From Patescibacteria group bacterium (lineage in GTDB: Bacteria > Patescibacteriota > Patescibacteriia > UBA11705 > DATKZF01): a stretch of 64,000 nt of DNA. The translations under genes were made by a program, and so were the position numbers. The DNA lies in the NCBI GenBank assembly GCA_049319825.1, contig JBMORT010000006.1, positions 235,641-299,640 of the forward strand. Reading direction: 5' to 3'. The notes beneath the pieces are model-generated. The model had not been told where the DNA came from. It searched no databases and saw only the letters and a program-made list of their open reading frames with translations. Shown one piece after another: positions 20,100 through 29,983 of this stretch. Position 1 is the stretch's first letter. Every line of letters begins with the position of its first letter.

Positions 20100-20516
20100 A
20101 TGTTAAATAAGCATAAATCAAGGCTAACGAATCAAAAAAAGATGATTCTTAATTTCTTATTAAATACTGATAGTCATCCAACCGCGGAAGGTGTTTTTTT
20201 GGCGGTGCGCAGCTTACTGCCGCAGATAAGTTTTGCTACGGTTTATCGAAATTTAAATAATTTGGTCGAAGAAACGTTAATACAGACGCTGGATTTTGAT
20301 AAAGGTCCCGCGCATTATTGCGCCAGGCGAAATGACGGACATTTTATATGCGATACTTGCGGACAAATATTTGATGTGATGTCCTTTGATTCCGGTCGGT
20401 TGACCAAAAAGGTCATCAAAGATTTGCGCGTGAAAGTCAGTAAGCAGACTTTTTATTTTTTCGGACAATGTGCCGATTGCGCTAAGCCAAACACGATCGA
20501 AAAGAAATGGCGATAA
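20100..20516 (+). CDS. fur: Fur/PerR family transcriptional regulator
   Basis: RLTNQK, HPTAE, ATVYRNL, HFICDTCG and CADC zinc motifs. Confidence 0.92.
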   Translation: MLNKHKSRLTNQKKMILNFLLNTDSHPTAEGVFLAVRSLLPQISFATVYRNLNNLVEETLIQTLDFDKGPAHYCARRNDGHFICDTCGQIFDVMSFDSGRLTKKVIKDLRVKVSKQTFYFFGQCADCAKPNTIEKKWR

Positions 20517-20563
20517 GCTGACAATATTTTCAACTATTGATCTTTTTATGTTATAATTCACTC

Positions 20564-21724
20564 ATGAAAATCGCTTTCATCGGTCAAAAAGGCATCCCCA
20601 CTAAATTTGGCGGCATCGAGAGACACGCTGAAAATTTAGCGGTTAATTTGGCCCAATTGGGCCATGAAATTTTTGTATATACCCGGCCTTGGTATACCGA
20701 CAAGCAACTGAAGGAATATAAAGGAGTAAGATTAATATCAGTTCCGTCAATTAAAACTAAGCATCTGGACGCCATCAGCCATGCTTTTTTTTGTAGCCTT
20801 CACGCACTTTTTAAATCTTACGATATCGTACACTATCATGGAGTCGGACCATCACTGGCCGCTTGGATTCCCAAATTATTCAAATGGAAAACTAAAATTA
20901 TCGTCACTTTCCACTGTCGCGACAGCGAGCATGATAAGTGGGGGAGTATAGCGCGATTTTTTTTACGATTGGGCGAGTGGTTGGCCATCGCCATTCCGGA
21001 TGAGACAATTACCGTTTCCCAATCGCTGCAAAAATATTGCCAAAGGCAGTATCATAAAAAGACCATCTATATTCCCAATGGCGCCGACATTCCGGACATG
21101 GTCGGTGATAATATAATTTTTGAAAAATTCGGTTTAAGGCGAAATTCTTACTTGTTGATTGCCGTCAGATTGGTTCGTCATAAGCGGCTTGATTTGCTGA
21201 TTAATGCATTTAAAAATATCAAAACCGAAAAAAGATTGGTCATTGCCGGCGGTTCGGCGTTCACCGATGATTATGTGGCCAGCATAAAAAAATTGGCGGC
21301 CGATGACAAGAGAATATTATTTACCGGCTACCAATCTGGAGAATCGCTCAGTCAGCTTTTCGCCAACGCTTTGGTTTTCGTTCATCCTTCTGATTTGGAA
21401 GGTTTGCCGGTTTCGGTTATCGAATCAATGTCGTTCGCGGTGCCGCCATTGGTATCCAGCATCCCCGAGCATCTGGAATTAATTCCCGACGACCTTCACA
21501 GTTATCTGGTATTCAAGCAGGGCAGTGTCGGAGATTTGGAGATAAAATTGTCGCGACTCATTCAAAATACCAATTGGTTGCCGACATTCGGCCAGCGGTT
21601 GCGGGAGCTGGTTAAAGAAAATTATAATTGGCAAAATATCGCTTTCAGCACGGAGAAGCTTTATAAAGACACGTTGACTCGAAGCCAGATTAAAAAAATC
21701 AATCCGGCGAGAATCATCAATTAA
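20564..21724 (+). CDS. Glycosyltransferase family 4
   Basis: MKIAFIGQKGIP..GGIERH, IPNG, EGLPVSVIESM. Confidence 0.92.
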   Translation: MKIAFIGQKGIPTKFGGIERHAENLAVNLAQLGHEIFVYTRPWYTDKQLKEYKGVRLISVPSIKTKHLDAISHAFFCSLHALFKSYDIVHYHGVGPSLAAWIPKLFKWKTKIIVTFHCRDSEHDKWGSIARFFLRLGEWLAIAIPDETITVSQSLQKYCQRQYHKKTIYIPNGADIPDMVGDNIIFEKFGLRRNSYLLIAVRLVRHKRLDLLINAFKNIKTEKRLVIAGGSAFTDDYVASIKKLAADDKRILFTGYQSGESLSQLFANALVFVHPSDLEGLPVSVIESMSFAVPPLVSSIPEHLELIPDDLHSYLVFKQGSVGDLEIKLSRLIQNTNWLPTFGQRLRELVKENYNWQNIAFSTEKLYKDTLTRSQIKKINPARIIN

Positions 21725-21745
21725 AAAACGCCAGATGGCGTTTTT
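21723..21745. terminator. Bidirectional intrinsic terminator
   Basis: AAAAAACGCCA-ga-TGGCGTTTTT between convergent genes. Confidence 0.7.
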
Positions 21746-21811
21746 GAAATTAATGGTGAAAATGTAAAAAACGACGGAATTATAAATGTCACGGAAGGGA
21801 ACACCAATTTT

Positions 21812-22108
21812 TCATTTGTCTTTTTCTACTGTCTGAGGGTTTGGCGAAAAAAGCTTATTTGCTATTTTCCATTTATCAACGAATTGTCCAATACCGTCCT
21901 TTTCCATTTTATGTTTTATTCTGATATTTTTTTGCGACCATTTGATGAGGCTTTCCAGATTTATTTTGTAGCGGCCGTGCACCACCACGTAGGTAATATC
22001 TTGTGATTTTAGCGCTCTTCGAATTGTTTGAGAATCAACGCCAAAAAGACGGCCGGCTTCCGATACCGAGACGCGAATGATTTTTTTCGTTTTGGCATTT
22101 TTTTTCAT
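21812..22108 (-). CDS. Small helix-turn-helix protein (excisionase/MerR-like HTH)
   Basis: VSVSEAGRLFGVDSQTIRRAL...GRYKI; ATG 22108 preferred. Confidence 0.8.
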   Translation of the reverse strand: MKKNAKTKKIIRVSVSEAGRLFGVDSQTIRRALKSQDITYVVVHGRYKINLESLIKWSQKNIRIKHKMEKDGIGQFVDKWKIANKLFSPNPQTVEKDK

Positions 22109-22121
22109 AACCGTCGTTATT

Positions 22122-22166
22122 ATTGTAATCAAGGCGCTTCTAAAAGTCTAGATAAATCTAGACTTT
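22122..22166 (-). promoter_or_regulatory. Promoter of the HTH gene overlapped by a perfect 10-4-10 inverted repeat
   Basis: Minus-strand TAGACT-N17-TACAAT; AAAGTCTAGA-taaa-TCTAGACTTT at 22143-22166. Confidence 0.65.
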
Positions 22167-22309
22167 CGTATTGATAAAAAACAATAAATTTATAATTTTG
22201 TCAAGGTGCCTGGTTCTTGATTTTTTCCCCCTTTTCCGCTATAATAATTGAATAATTTTAATATCACATGAGTATTTACTTTCGCATCAAAATATCTTAC
22301 CATTAATGC

Positions 22310-22337
22310 TGTAACGTTTTTATTAATTTGGCGACCT
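22310..22337 (+). promoter_or_regulatory. ECF-sigma-type (autoregulatory) promoter
   Basis: TGTAAC-N16-CGAC, 7 nt before ATG 22343; fits the AAC/CGN pattern of ECF promoters. Confidence 0.5.
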
Positions 22338-22342
22338 CTACA

Positions 22343-22897
22343 ATGAATAAGAACAAATTTACAATCAAATATCTTGTTTATCAGACTAGAAACCAAAAAG
22401 ATCCGGAAAGCTTTGCCAGGCTTTACGATATGTATGTGGATCAAATTTTCCGCTTTGTTCGCTTTAAGGTGGAGACGGAAGAAATCGCTCAGGATATCAC
22501 CTCAGATATTTTTTTAAGAACTTGGCAATATCTTTTGGAAAGTTCAAGGCCAATTGATAACTTCAACGCGTTGATATACCGAATTTGCCGGAACTGCGTT
22601 GTCGATCATTATCGGAAAAGAAGTCGGGAAGCGCAGGTTTATAACGCGGAAAATTTTGAGCAGCTGATACATGACCGCCAGGATATAACCGAGGATATAG
22701 ATAATAAAATCGATTTTGGTCAGATCGAAGAAAAGCTGAAACTGCTTAAGGAGGAATACCGGGAAGTGATCATCTTGCGATACGTGGAAGGATTAACCGT
22801 AAGCGAGATTTCCAAAATATTGGATAAAACAAAAAGCAATGTCAGGGTGCTGATACACCGCGCGTTAAAAACATTAAAAGACATCATTCATGACTGA
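22343..22897 (+). CDS. ECF RNA polymerase sigma factor
   Basis: FARLYD, AQDITSDIF, LIYRICRN..VDHYR, REVIILRY.EGL..SEIS region 4. Confidence 0.93.
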   Translation: MNKNKFTIKYLVYQTRNQKDPESFARLYDMYVDQIFRFVRFKVETEEIAQDITSDIFLRTWQYLLESSRPIDNFNALIYRICRNCVVDHYRKRSREAQVYNAENFEQLIHDRQDITEDIDNKIDFGQIEEKLKLLKEEYREVIILRYVEGLTVSEISKILDKTKSNVRVLIHRALKTLKDIIHD

Positions 22898-24128
22898 AGC
22901 AGATTTAATCAAACAGCTGAAGGGCTTAAGCGGCATGGGCGCCAGCAGTGATTGGAAAACAGCTAATCGCCATCTTTTGATTTCACAGATTTCTGGGCAG
23001 TCGGTTAATCGCCAGCCAGCGTCGTTTGATAAAAAGGTTTGGTATGGTTTTCGCGCGATGATGCCCACCAGCCTGAAGAATTTCATTCTCAAGCCGATTG
23101 GAGCGATCTCTTTAATGTTGGCCATAATCATGGGAGCTTCCGTGGTTTCGGTCAGCGCGTCGCGAGGCAGCGTTCCCGGTGACCTATTATATAAAGTAAA
23201 ATTGACTTCGGAAAAAATCCAGGCCGGACTGACGGTGAATGATGAAAAGAAAACCGATCTTTACATAAATTTTGCCGGCGAGCGGCTCCACGAAATGGAT
23301 AAGATCAAAGATGCCGGACAGGCGGAAAAGAAATCGGAAAATATAAAAATTGCCTTGGATGGCTTCACTAAGCAAATGAACACGGTCAAAACGCATATTG
23401 AGAAAGTTAGTGAAAAGCCAAAGCCGGCTCAGGATATCGTAGTGGTCGCTAAGAAAGTTGATGATAAGGTCGTGGAATTTACAGATAGAATAGATCAGAA
23501 AAAAGCGGAGATGCTCGATTTTGCCCAAAAAGATTTAGTCCGCGAATTGGATAACGCCAAAGAGGCGGTTGAAGAGGCGTCAGACGTAGCCATCGAGGTG
23601 ATTATCGAAAAGCATGTAAAGGGGGAGGCCGAAATTCCGGTGGAAGAGTTGGCCGGTAAACTCGAGCAAAAAATTAAGCGAGCCGAGGAAAAAATTATTA
23701 AAACTCAAGAAGAAGTTGAATATTTAAAGGACATTAATTCCGGCGATACTGAAGCTGAAATAAAAAATCCAGCCGGAGAGCAGTCGGTTGATTCGGCGAC
23801 GGCTGATCAAGTGGCGTCCATCGATCAGGTGGCCATGCCAGAACCGACAACAACCAAACCGATTGATTTACTGAATCAAGTTGAAGATAAACCAAAGGAA
23901 GCGCAGCAGCTGGTAGAACAAGCGAAAGAATTACTGTTATCGGGCGATTTGTCCAGCGCATTTAGCCGCATTATCGAAAGCAAACAGATTACCCGTCAAA
24001 TCGAAGAAACAATCAATACCGTTTCCGGCGATGGCGCGTCTGCCGAACCAAGCATGAAAGCCGACAGTTTGCCGGCCGGCACCGCGTCGAGCGCGCCAGC
24101 CAGCGGCGACGCAACAACAATAGATTAA
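22890..24128 (+). CDS. Putative anti-sigma / DUF5667-like single-pass membrane protein
   Basis: Overlaps the sigma stop; one TM segment followed by SVPGDLLYKVKLTSEK; coiled-coil C-terminal part. Confidence 0.75.
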   Translation: MTEADLIKQLKGLSGMGASSDWKTANRHLLISQISGQSVNRQPASFDKKVWYGFRAMMPTSLKNFILKPIGAISLMLAIIMGASVVSVSASRGSVPGDLLYKVKLTSEKIQAGLTVNDEKKTDLYINFAGERLHEMDKIKDAGQAEKKSENIKIALDGFTKQMNTVKTHIEKVSEKPKPAQDIVVVAKKVDDKVVEFTDRIDQKKAEMLDFAQKDLVRELDNAKEAVEEASDVAIEVIIEKHVKGEAEIPVEELAGKLEQKIKRAEEKIIKTQEEVEYLKDINSGDTEAEIKNPAGEQSVDSATADQVASIDQVAMPEPTTTKPIDLLNQVEDKPKEAQQLVEQAKELLLSGDLSSAFSRIIESKQITRQIEETINTVSGDGASAEPSMKADSLPAGTASSAPASGDATTID

Positions 24129-24307
24129 TTAAAAACCAAAGGGCATTACCTATATTTATTAATAATCAGCTCTTTAGGTTGTCGTAGCCTGAAAGGTCGA
24201 GTCCTAGCGATAGGGCGACTATGACATAATTTTAGATAGAGGCCTCGGCACTCTAACATTCTATAAGGATGTTAAAGAGCCAAGAGGTACAGGAGATTTC
24301 ATTAACT

Positions 24308-27300
24308 ATGGAAAACCTTAAAAAATTGTTTACTTTTGGGGTTGTATTAGCGACCATTGTTTGGGCAATGGGCGTTGCTACTTTTGTTCCAGTCGCCAGC
24401 GCGGCCGTTATCGAGCCGGGCGATGTGATCAAGGGCAGCTTTGACGCGGTGTATTTCTATGCATCTGACGGCAAACGATACGTTTACCCACAGGATAAAT
24501 ACTACTTCACTTGGCAGTATGATTTTTCTGGCGTTATGACCATTACTGACGGTGAATTAGCAGACATTCCATTAGCTGGTAATGTTGTTACCAGATACGG
24601 AACAAAACTGATCAAGATTTTATCTATTCCTTCTGTTTACGCTGTCAGCCGAGAGGGAACTCTTTATCGAGTGCCTGATCAAGCGACCGCTGAATCAATG
24701 TTCGGCACCGCTTGGGGCGGACGCGTAATGGATGTGCAGGATGGCTTTTGGCCAAACTACACCGATACCGGCATGGCCCTTGACGGCACTTGGTATCCGG
24801 ATGGATTCTTATTGAAGGCTGCGACCAGCTCAGATGTTTATTTCATTTGGGATGGCATGAAGAGTTTGATCCCGTCTGAAGATGCGTTCTACGCGAACCG
24901 CTTTATGTGGGAATACGTCACTGTGACCACTCAGGCAGTCTTGGATTCTTACACTGACGGCCCGGTATTATCAGGCGCTGATTCAATGCTGCTTGATGAT
25001 TCGCAGGGCGGCGGCGGTGCTGTCCCGGTTCCGGGCGAAGGCACTTTGAACGTCACCTTGTCTTCCAGCACTCCGGCCAGCCAGACCGCTCCTCGCGGAG
25101 CCACTGGCGTGGAAGTTGCCAAATACAACTTTACCGCTGGCGCTGATGCGGGCATCACTTTGAATTCATTGACCATTCATCGAACCGGTTTGGGAGATCC
25201 TCAGGAAATCTCAAAACTGTATTTGTACAATGGATCTTCAAAGCTGACCTCAGGTAAGACTATTTCAACTTCAACCAACAACGCACTGTTCGCTAATTTG
25301 AACTGGTACGTTGGACCTGGCCAAACTGGCACTTTGACTTTAGTCGCCGATGTAAGCTCGACTTATACCGCGACCAACGGCTCTCACCAGTTTGAAATCG
25401 TCAATGCCAATGCTGTTGACAGCACTGCTGAATCAGTAATGGGCAACTTCCCGGTCATGTCAAATACTTTGAACATCTCGACCGTAACCACTGGCAGCGT
25501 CGATTTAGAGTCTTCATCCAACACCTACACCAGAAAAGTCGGTGAAAAAGGCGTTGAAGTCGGTAGATTTACCACTTACGTGAATAACACCGAAGATGCT
25601 CATTTTGCCGGCGTTACCATTTACAATGCTGGCCGAGACATCTATGACAACATGAAGATCTATCGCGGCAGCGATTTAGCTTCAACCTGCTCAGAGAGCG
25701 GCGATTACTTTGTCTGCAGCATGAGCACCCCATGGCCGATTCAGAAAGGCGATTCCGCGTCTTTCACAGCGAAAGCTGATGTAACCGGCCGAGACGGCGA
25801 TCAGGGTAAATTGTATGTTCGCTATAATACTGACGTTCGCGTCACCGGCGACACCTATGGATTTAACATGGCTGTTGACGGCACTTTGGGCGGCAGCGCC
25901 ACTGATTCATACGTTGATGAAGCGGCTTCAGCTGCTAGCGGCACCCTGCAATTCGACCAGACCACTGTTGAAGCCGGACAAGTGACTTTCACTTTCAACG
26001 GTCCGAGCTCAGCTGACGTCTCTAAGAATACCAGCGATATCGTTTTGATGAACTTCTCGGTTACCGCTGGTTCTAACATTGATGTGGAAAAGACCGTAAT
26101 CAATTTGTCAGATTCTGCCACCAATTTGGCGGCGGCTGATATGGACGATTTAGAGTTGGTCTGCGACGGCTTGATTGTCGCTTCAGATTCAACCCCGGCT
26201 GTCGGTGATAATTCTTTCACTGATACCTGGTCTTTGACCGCTGGTCATACCACTGAATGCCAAGTCCGAGTTGATTTAACCAATGCTCCGACTGGCAATG
26301 AAAATATCAAAGCGACCTTAAAGAACCCAAGCGCAAACTGGACATTTAAGGACGCTGATTCCGGCGACACCGTCACTGACATCGTGCCGTCCGGAGACAT
26401 CGCCGGCAATGAAATGGACATTACTGTCGCTTCATTGACCATTGATGTCGCTTCAACCCCGGCCACCGGCGCCACTTATGTGACCGGTTCGACCAACGTT
26501 GATGCGGTTGGCTTTACTTTCCAAGCAGGCACCGCGACAGACGTTAAAGTTAACTCTGTCAAATTAGCCGCTTACTTGGATGACGATACAGATACCTTTG
26601 GCGATGCTAGCGACTTTAATCAGTTGTCCGGCGCCAAAGACGTGATCGTCAAAGTGACGATTTACGACGCTGACGCTCCGGCCACTCCGCTGGCTTCATC
26701 CAAGGGCTTGACTCTGGGTACCGCTGATATCACCGTTCAGTTTGATTCATTAAACTGGACCATCCCGGCGGGCACCACCAAGAAATTATTGGTAGTCGTG
26801 GATATTTCCACCACCGCGCCAAAGAGCGCCAATGACGATTACTTCGCGCTGGCGATCGATAGCGTCGATGCGGAATACGGCACCGGTACTTCTTTAACTC
26901 CGTCATACACCGATGACAACACCGCCCCGAACATTTATCAGGTTGTCACCACTGCCGGCACTTTGGACATGGTAATCGATGCTGATACTCCGAATTCAGC
27001 GCTGCTGGTTTCCGGCACTTCAAACAATGCCGCCACCAAGGTGAAATTCAATTCAACCAAGGAAGCGTTCACAGTTGAGAAACTGCGAATATTCCAGAAC
27101 GCTGCTGGCGGAAATGACGAAGTTGCTTCAGTCACCCTCGAATATGAGAACAGCTTAGGCGCGACCGAATCGGTCACTCAGCCGCTTGACTTCACCAATG
27201 GCACGGCGAACTTCACCAATTTGGACATTTATGTTCCAAAGGATGGCAGCGCCACCGCCATGGTTTACGTCAAACTCAACACCACCACCGGCGGTGCTGA

Positions 27301-27964
27301 TGACGGCGATGACATTATCTTAAGCGCCGAAGACGGCAGCGTGGCCGGCACCTTCCGAGCGGTTGGAGTCGGTTCCAGCACTGTCATCACTCAGACTTTG
27401 AGCGGTGATCAGGATGGCAACACGCATTATGTGTATGAAGCCTATCCGGCAATTACTTTCGCTTCCGATACCCCGTCCGGCAACTTCGTACCGAGCGCGA
27501 ACACTTTGGTCGCCAAGATCAAGGTAACCGCGACCGGCGGCAAGGACATCACTTTTGATGGCCCGACCGCTCCTAACTCAGCTGATCCTGATGATGAATT
27601 CGTCATTTCAGTATCTGCTTCAAGATCTGATAACGATGGCGTTGCTGAAACATGGGTATTAAAGGATGGCAGCGGCAATCAATTGGATTCTATCGCTGTC
27701 GACATCATCGGTGACGGCAACAACGAAGTAATCTTTGACTTCAATGACAAAGACTTCGTCGTTCCGGCCGGTCAGACCAAGTATTTGTATGTCTATACTA
27801 ATACTTTGGACTTAGAGACTGTCGGCGATTCCATCCAGATCTGGTTAGACGACGCCCCGACTTCTGCGGGCAATTGGAGCATCAATTACAATGCTGCCGA
27901 TTGGGCCAACTGGGATATTATCTTTAGAGGTGATATCTTCGGCGGTGCGTTAGTTAAACCGTAA
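24308..27964 (+). CDS. Large secreted S-layer-like surface protein (1218 aa), beta-rich repeats, N-terminal shared module
   Basis: Signal peptide (ASA-A), Thr/Asp/Ser/Val-rich, AGGAG RBS, strong terminator downstream. Confidence 0.8.
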   Translation: MENLKKLFTFGVVLATIVWAMGVATFVPVASAAVIEPGDVIKGSFDAVYFYASDGKRYVYPQDKYYFTWQYDFSGVMTITDGELADIPLAGNVVTRYGTKLIKILSIPSVYAVSREGTLYRVPDQATAESMFGTAWGGRVMDVQDGFWPNYTDTGMALDGTWYPDGFLLKAATSSDVYFIWDGMKSLIPSEDAFYANRFMWEYVTVTTQAVLDSYTDGPVLSGADSMLLDDSQGGGGAVPVPGEGTLNVTLSSSTPASQTAPRGATGVEVAKYNFTAGADAGITLNSLTIHRTGLGDPQEISKLYLYNGSSKLTSGKTISTSTNNALFANLNWYVGPGQTGTLTLVADVSSTYTATNGSHQFEIVNANAVDSTAESVMGNFPVMSNTLNISTVTTGSVDLESSSNTYTRKVGEKGVEVGRFTTYVNNTEDAHFAGVTIYNAGRDIYDNMKIYRGSDLASTCSESGDYFVCSMSTPWPIQKGDSASFTAKADVTGRDGDQGKLYVRYNTDVRVTGDTYGFNMAVDGTLGGSATDSYVDEAASAASGTLQFDQTTVEAGQVTFTFNGPSSADVSKNTSDIVLMNFSVTAGSNIDVEKTVINLSDSATNLAAADMDDLELVCDGLIVASDSTPAVGDNSFTDTWSLTAGHTTECQVRVDLTNAPTGNENIKATLKNPSANWTFKDADSGDTVTDIVPSGDIAGNEMDITVASLTIDVASTPATGATYVTGSTNVDAVGFTFQAGTATDVKVNSVKLAAYLDDDTDTFGDASDFNQLSGAKDVIVKVTIYDADAPATPLASSKGLTLGTADITVQFDSLNWTIPAGTTKKLLVVVDISTTAPKSANDDYFALAIDSVDAEYGTGTSLTPSYTDDNTAPNIYQVVTTAGTLDMVIDADTPNSALLVSGTSNNAATKVKFNSTKEAFTVEKLRIFQNAAGGNDEVASVTLEYENSLGATESVTQPLDFTNGTANFTNLDIYVPKDGSATAMVYVKLNTTTGGADDGDDIILSAEDGSVAGTFRAVGVGSSTVITQTLSGDQDGNTHYVYEAYPAITFASDTPSGNFVPSANTLVAKIKVTATGGKDITFDGPTAPNSADPDDEFVISVSASRSDNDGVAETWVLKDGSGNQLDSIAVDIIGDGNNEVIFDFNDKDFVVPAGQTKYLYVYTNTLDLETVGDSIQIWLDDAPTSAGNWSINYNAADWANWDIIFRGDIFGGALVKP

Positions 27965-28006
27965 TCGTTGATATACGCAGTTGGCGGTCAGCTTTAAACC
28001 GCTGCG

Positions 28007-28039
28007 CAAAAGCCCCCGGCCGTTTGGCCGGGGCTTTTG
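28007..28039 (+). terminator. Intrinsic terminator
   Basis: CAAAAGCCCCCGGCC-gttt-GGCCGGGGCTTTTG. Confidence 0.85.
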
Positions 28040-28045
28040 TATTAA

Positions 28046-28120
28046 TTAGGCAGTGGGCAGAAGGAAATAGGCAAGAGTAATGCATCGATTGCTGCATACC
28101 TGCCCTCTGCCCGCCGCCTT
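28046..28120. repeat. Periodic imperfect hairpin (aggcagtgggcag ... ctgcccgccgcct)
   Basis: 7-nt periodic arms; first 13 nt identical to 38410-38422. Confidence 0.65.
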
Positions 28121-28182
28121 TCGTTTTTTCTTTTAATTTGGTTTATGCTATAATATTATCAGCCAATCATAACTTCGCGTAT

Positions 28183-29823
28183 ATGAAAAAATTTTTCATT
28201 TTTCTTTTCATTTTACTTTTTATAATGGCTGGAGGGTTCACCCGAGCAGCGGAAATGGCTGATTATGTCAACATTGGCGCGCCAGCAGGGAGTTTTTTCA
28301 ATTCCGATTTTGACGTTTTGGTCATGGATATTGAAATACCCGATAACTCCGGACAGAGCGACATGCTCGAAGCGATTACCGTAAAAAACAACGGCAGCGC
28401 GCAAGCGTTGCGCAATATCGAAAAAGTGGCGATTTGGGTTGATGCCGGTCCGGTTGGGTTTGACGGTATGGGAGTCGATGAGTTTTTGGGATACGCGGCG
28501 CAAGATGGATACAGCATTTGGTATTTATCCGATATTTATCGTGGCGTTCCGGTCGGCGGGTTGCGTGTTTTCGTGTCGATTGAAACCGCTTACAGTTTTT
28601 CAACCACGACCACTACGCAGTTTTCCGTGCCGGCGCTTTTTGATGAAAATGGCAATGGCCGTTTTGATTACGGCGATACCGGTATATTCGTATCATCGGA
28701 AAACGATGGTCCGACCGACGAAGCCATTGTGAATTCGGCTTCACAAGAACTTCACAAATTGTCTTTTGATTATTTATCGCCAAAAGCGGTTATAGATAAT
28801 TTGAGCGATGGCGACTCCATATCCATTTCTTCCGGTGAGGTAACGATCACCGGACAGGCGCGCGATCGCGGCGGATCGTACCCGGCCGCCGTGTCAATTG
28901 GTATTAATGGTCAATGGTTTGAGGTGGAGAATACCGGAACATATTTTTCCGCTTGGCAATATCAATGGTTTGACTTTGGAACGCAGTCGAGCCACGAGAT
29001 TATCGTCCGCGCCACTGATTTTATAGGCAATCAGTTTGTTTCCGCGCCGATTAATGTGACGGTTGTGGGCACGGGCGATTTTACGTATGAAAATTCGATC
29101 ATCGAAACAGCCGTTTCTTCGGCCGATATCGATCAGACGGTTGATGTCACCGTTCATGTAATCGACAGCTATGGCGAACCGGTTTCCGGCGTTCAAGTCG
29201 ATTTGTTTTCATCAAAGGCTGGATATGATCAAATAACGGCCATTAATAATATCACCGATTCTGATGGTCAAGCTTTTTTCGCCATCACTTCCGGTTTGCC
29301 GGGCACGACTTTGTTTTACGCCATGATCGGCGACCAGTTGCTTGAATGGAATATCGGCGGACAATCAATTCCGGTCTCGACGGTGCTGACCATCAGCAGC
29401 GGCGCGGAATTGGCCGGCCGGCTGGTGAAGTCCACGGAATTGTCAACCGTTTATTTGCTTGATGAAGACAATATCCGCCATGCTTTTCCCAATGAAAATA
29501 TTTATCGGTCATGGTTTGACGATTTCAGCCGGGTGGAAGTGCTTTCGGCTCAGGAAATCGCCGCTTATCCGCTTTCCAGCAACGTAAAATACAAACCGGG
29601 CAGTATGATAAAAATGCCGTCGGTGCCGCGAGTGTACATGGTTGATCAAGATCATAATTTGCGCTGGCTGGAAAATCAAAATATCGCCTTCATGCTTTTC
29701 AGTTCAAAGTGGGCATCACGTATCGATGATATGTCCGAGGCATTTTTCAGCGATTATCGGGAAGGGGAGACGATTCTCGAAGCGAATATGTCGATTGAGG
29801 TGTTCAGGAGTTTGTTGCCCTAA
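28183..29823 (+). CDS. Secreted surface protein with Ig-like (Big) domains and the C-terminal shared module
   Basis: Signal peptide; ITGQARD, VRATDFIGN, TDSDGQAFF; RHAFPNE..Y.SWF.DFS. Confidence 0.8.
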   Translation: MKKFFIFLFILLFIMAGGFTRAAEMADYVNIGAPAGSFFNSDFDVLVMDIEIPDNSGQSDMLEAITVKNNGSAQALRNIEKVAIWVDAGPVGFDGMGVDEFLGYAAQDGYSIWYLSDIYRGVPVGGLRVFVSIETAYSFSTTTTTQFSVPALFDENGNGRFDYGDTGIFVSSENDGPTDEAIVNSASQELHKLSFDYLSPKAVIDNLSDGDSISISSGEVTITGQARDRGGSYPAAVSIGINGQWFEVENTGTYFSAWQYQWFDFGTQSSHEIIVRATDFIGNQFVSAPINVTVVGTGDFTYENSIIETAVSSADIDQTVDVTVHVIDSYGEPVSGVQVDLFSSKAGYDQITAINNITDSDGQAFFAITSGLPGTTLFYAMIGDQLLEWNIGGQSIPVSTVLTISSGAELAGRLVKSTELSTVYLLDEDNIRHAFPNENIYRSWFDDFSRVEVLSAQEIAAYPLSSNVKYKPGSMIKMPSVPRVYMVDQDHNLRWLENQNIAFMLFSSKWASRIDDMSEAFFSDYREGETILEANMSIEVFRSLLP

Positions 29824-29841
29824 GGAGTTAGAGTTACCGTT

Positions 29842-29882
29842 TGTGGATAAGTTATAAAAAATAATTATTTTAGCTGTATAAT
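29842..29882 (+). promoter_or_regulatory. DnaA box plus -10 element
   Basis: TGTGGATAA 29842-50; TATAAT 29877-82. Confidence 0.55.
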
Positions 29883-29983
29883 GTCAGCAGAAAGAACTAT
29901 AAAATTTATATAAAATTTAGGGCATCTAATTTTGCTCGAATTTAATTATTATTAAAAAAATTTTGCATTTTTTAAAAAAAATT

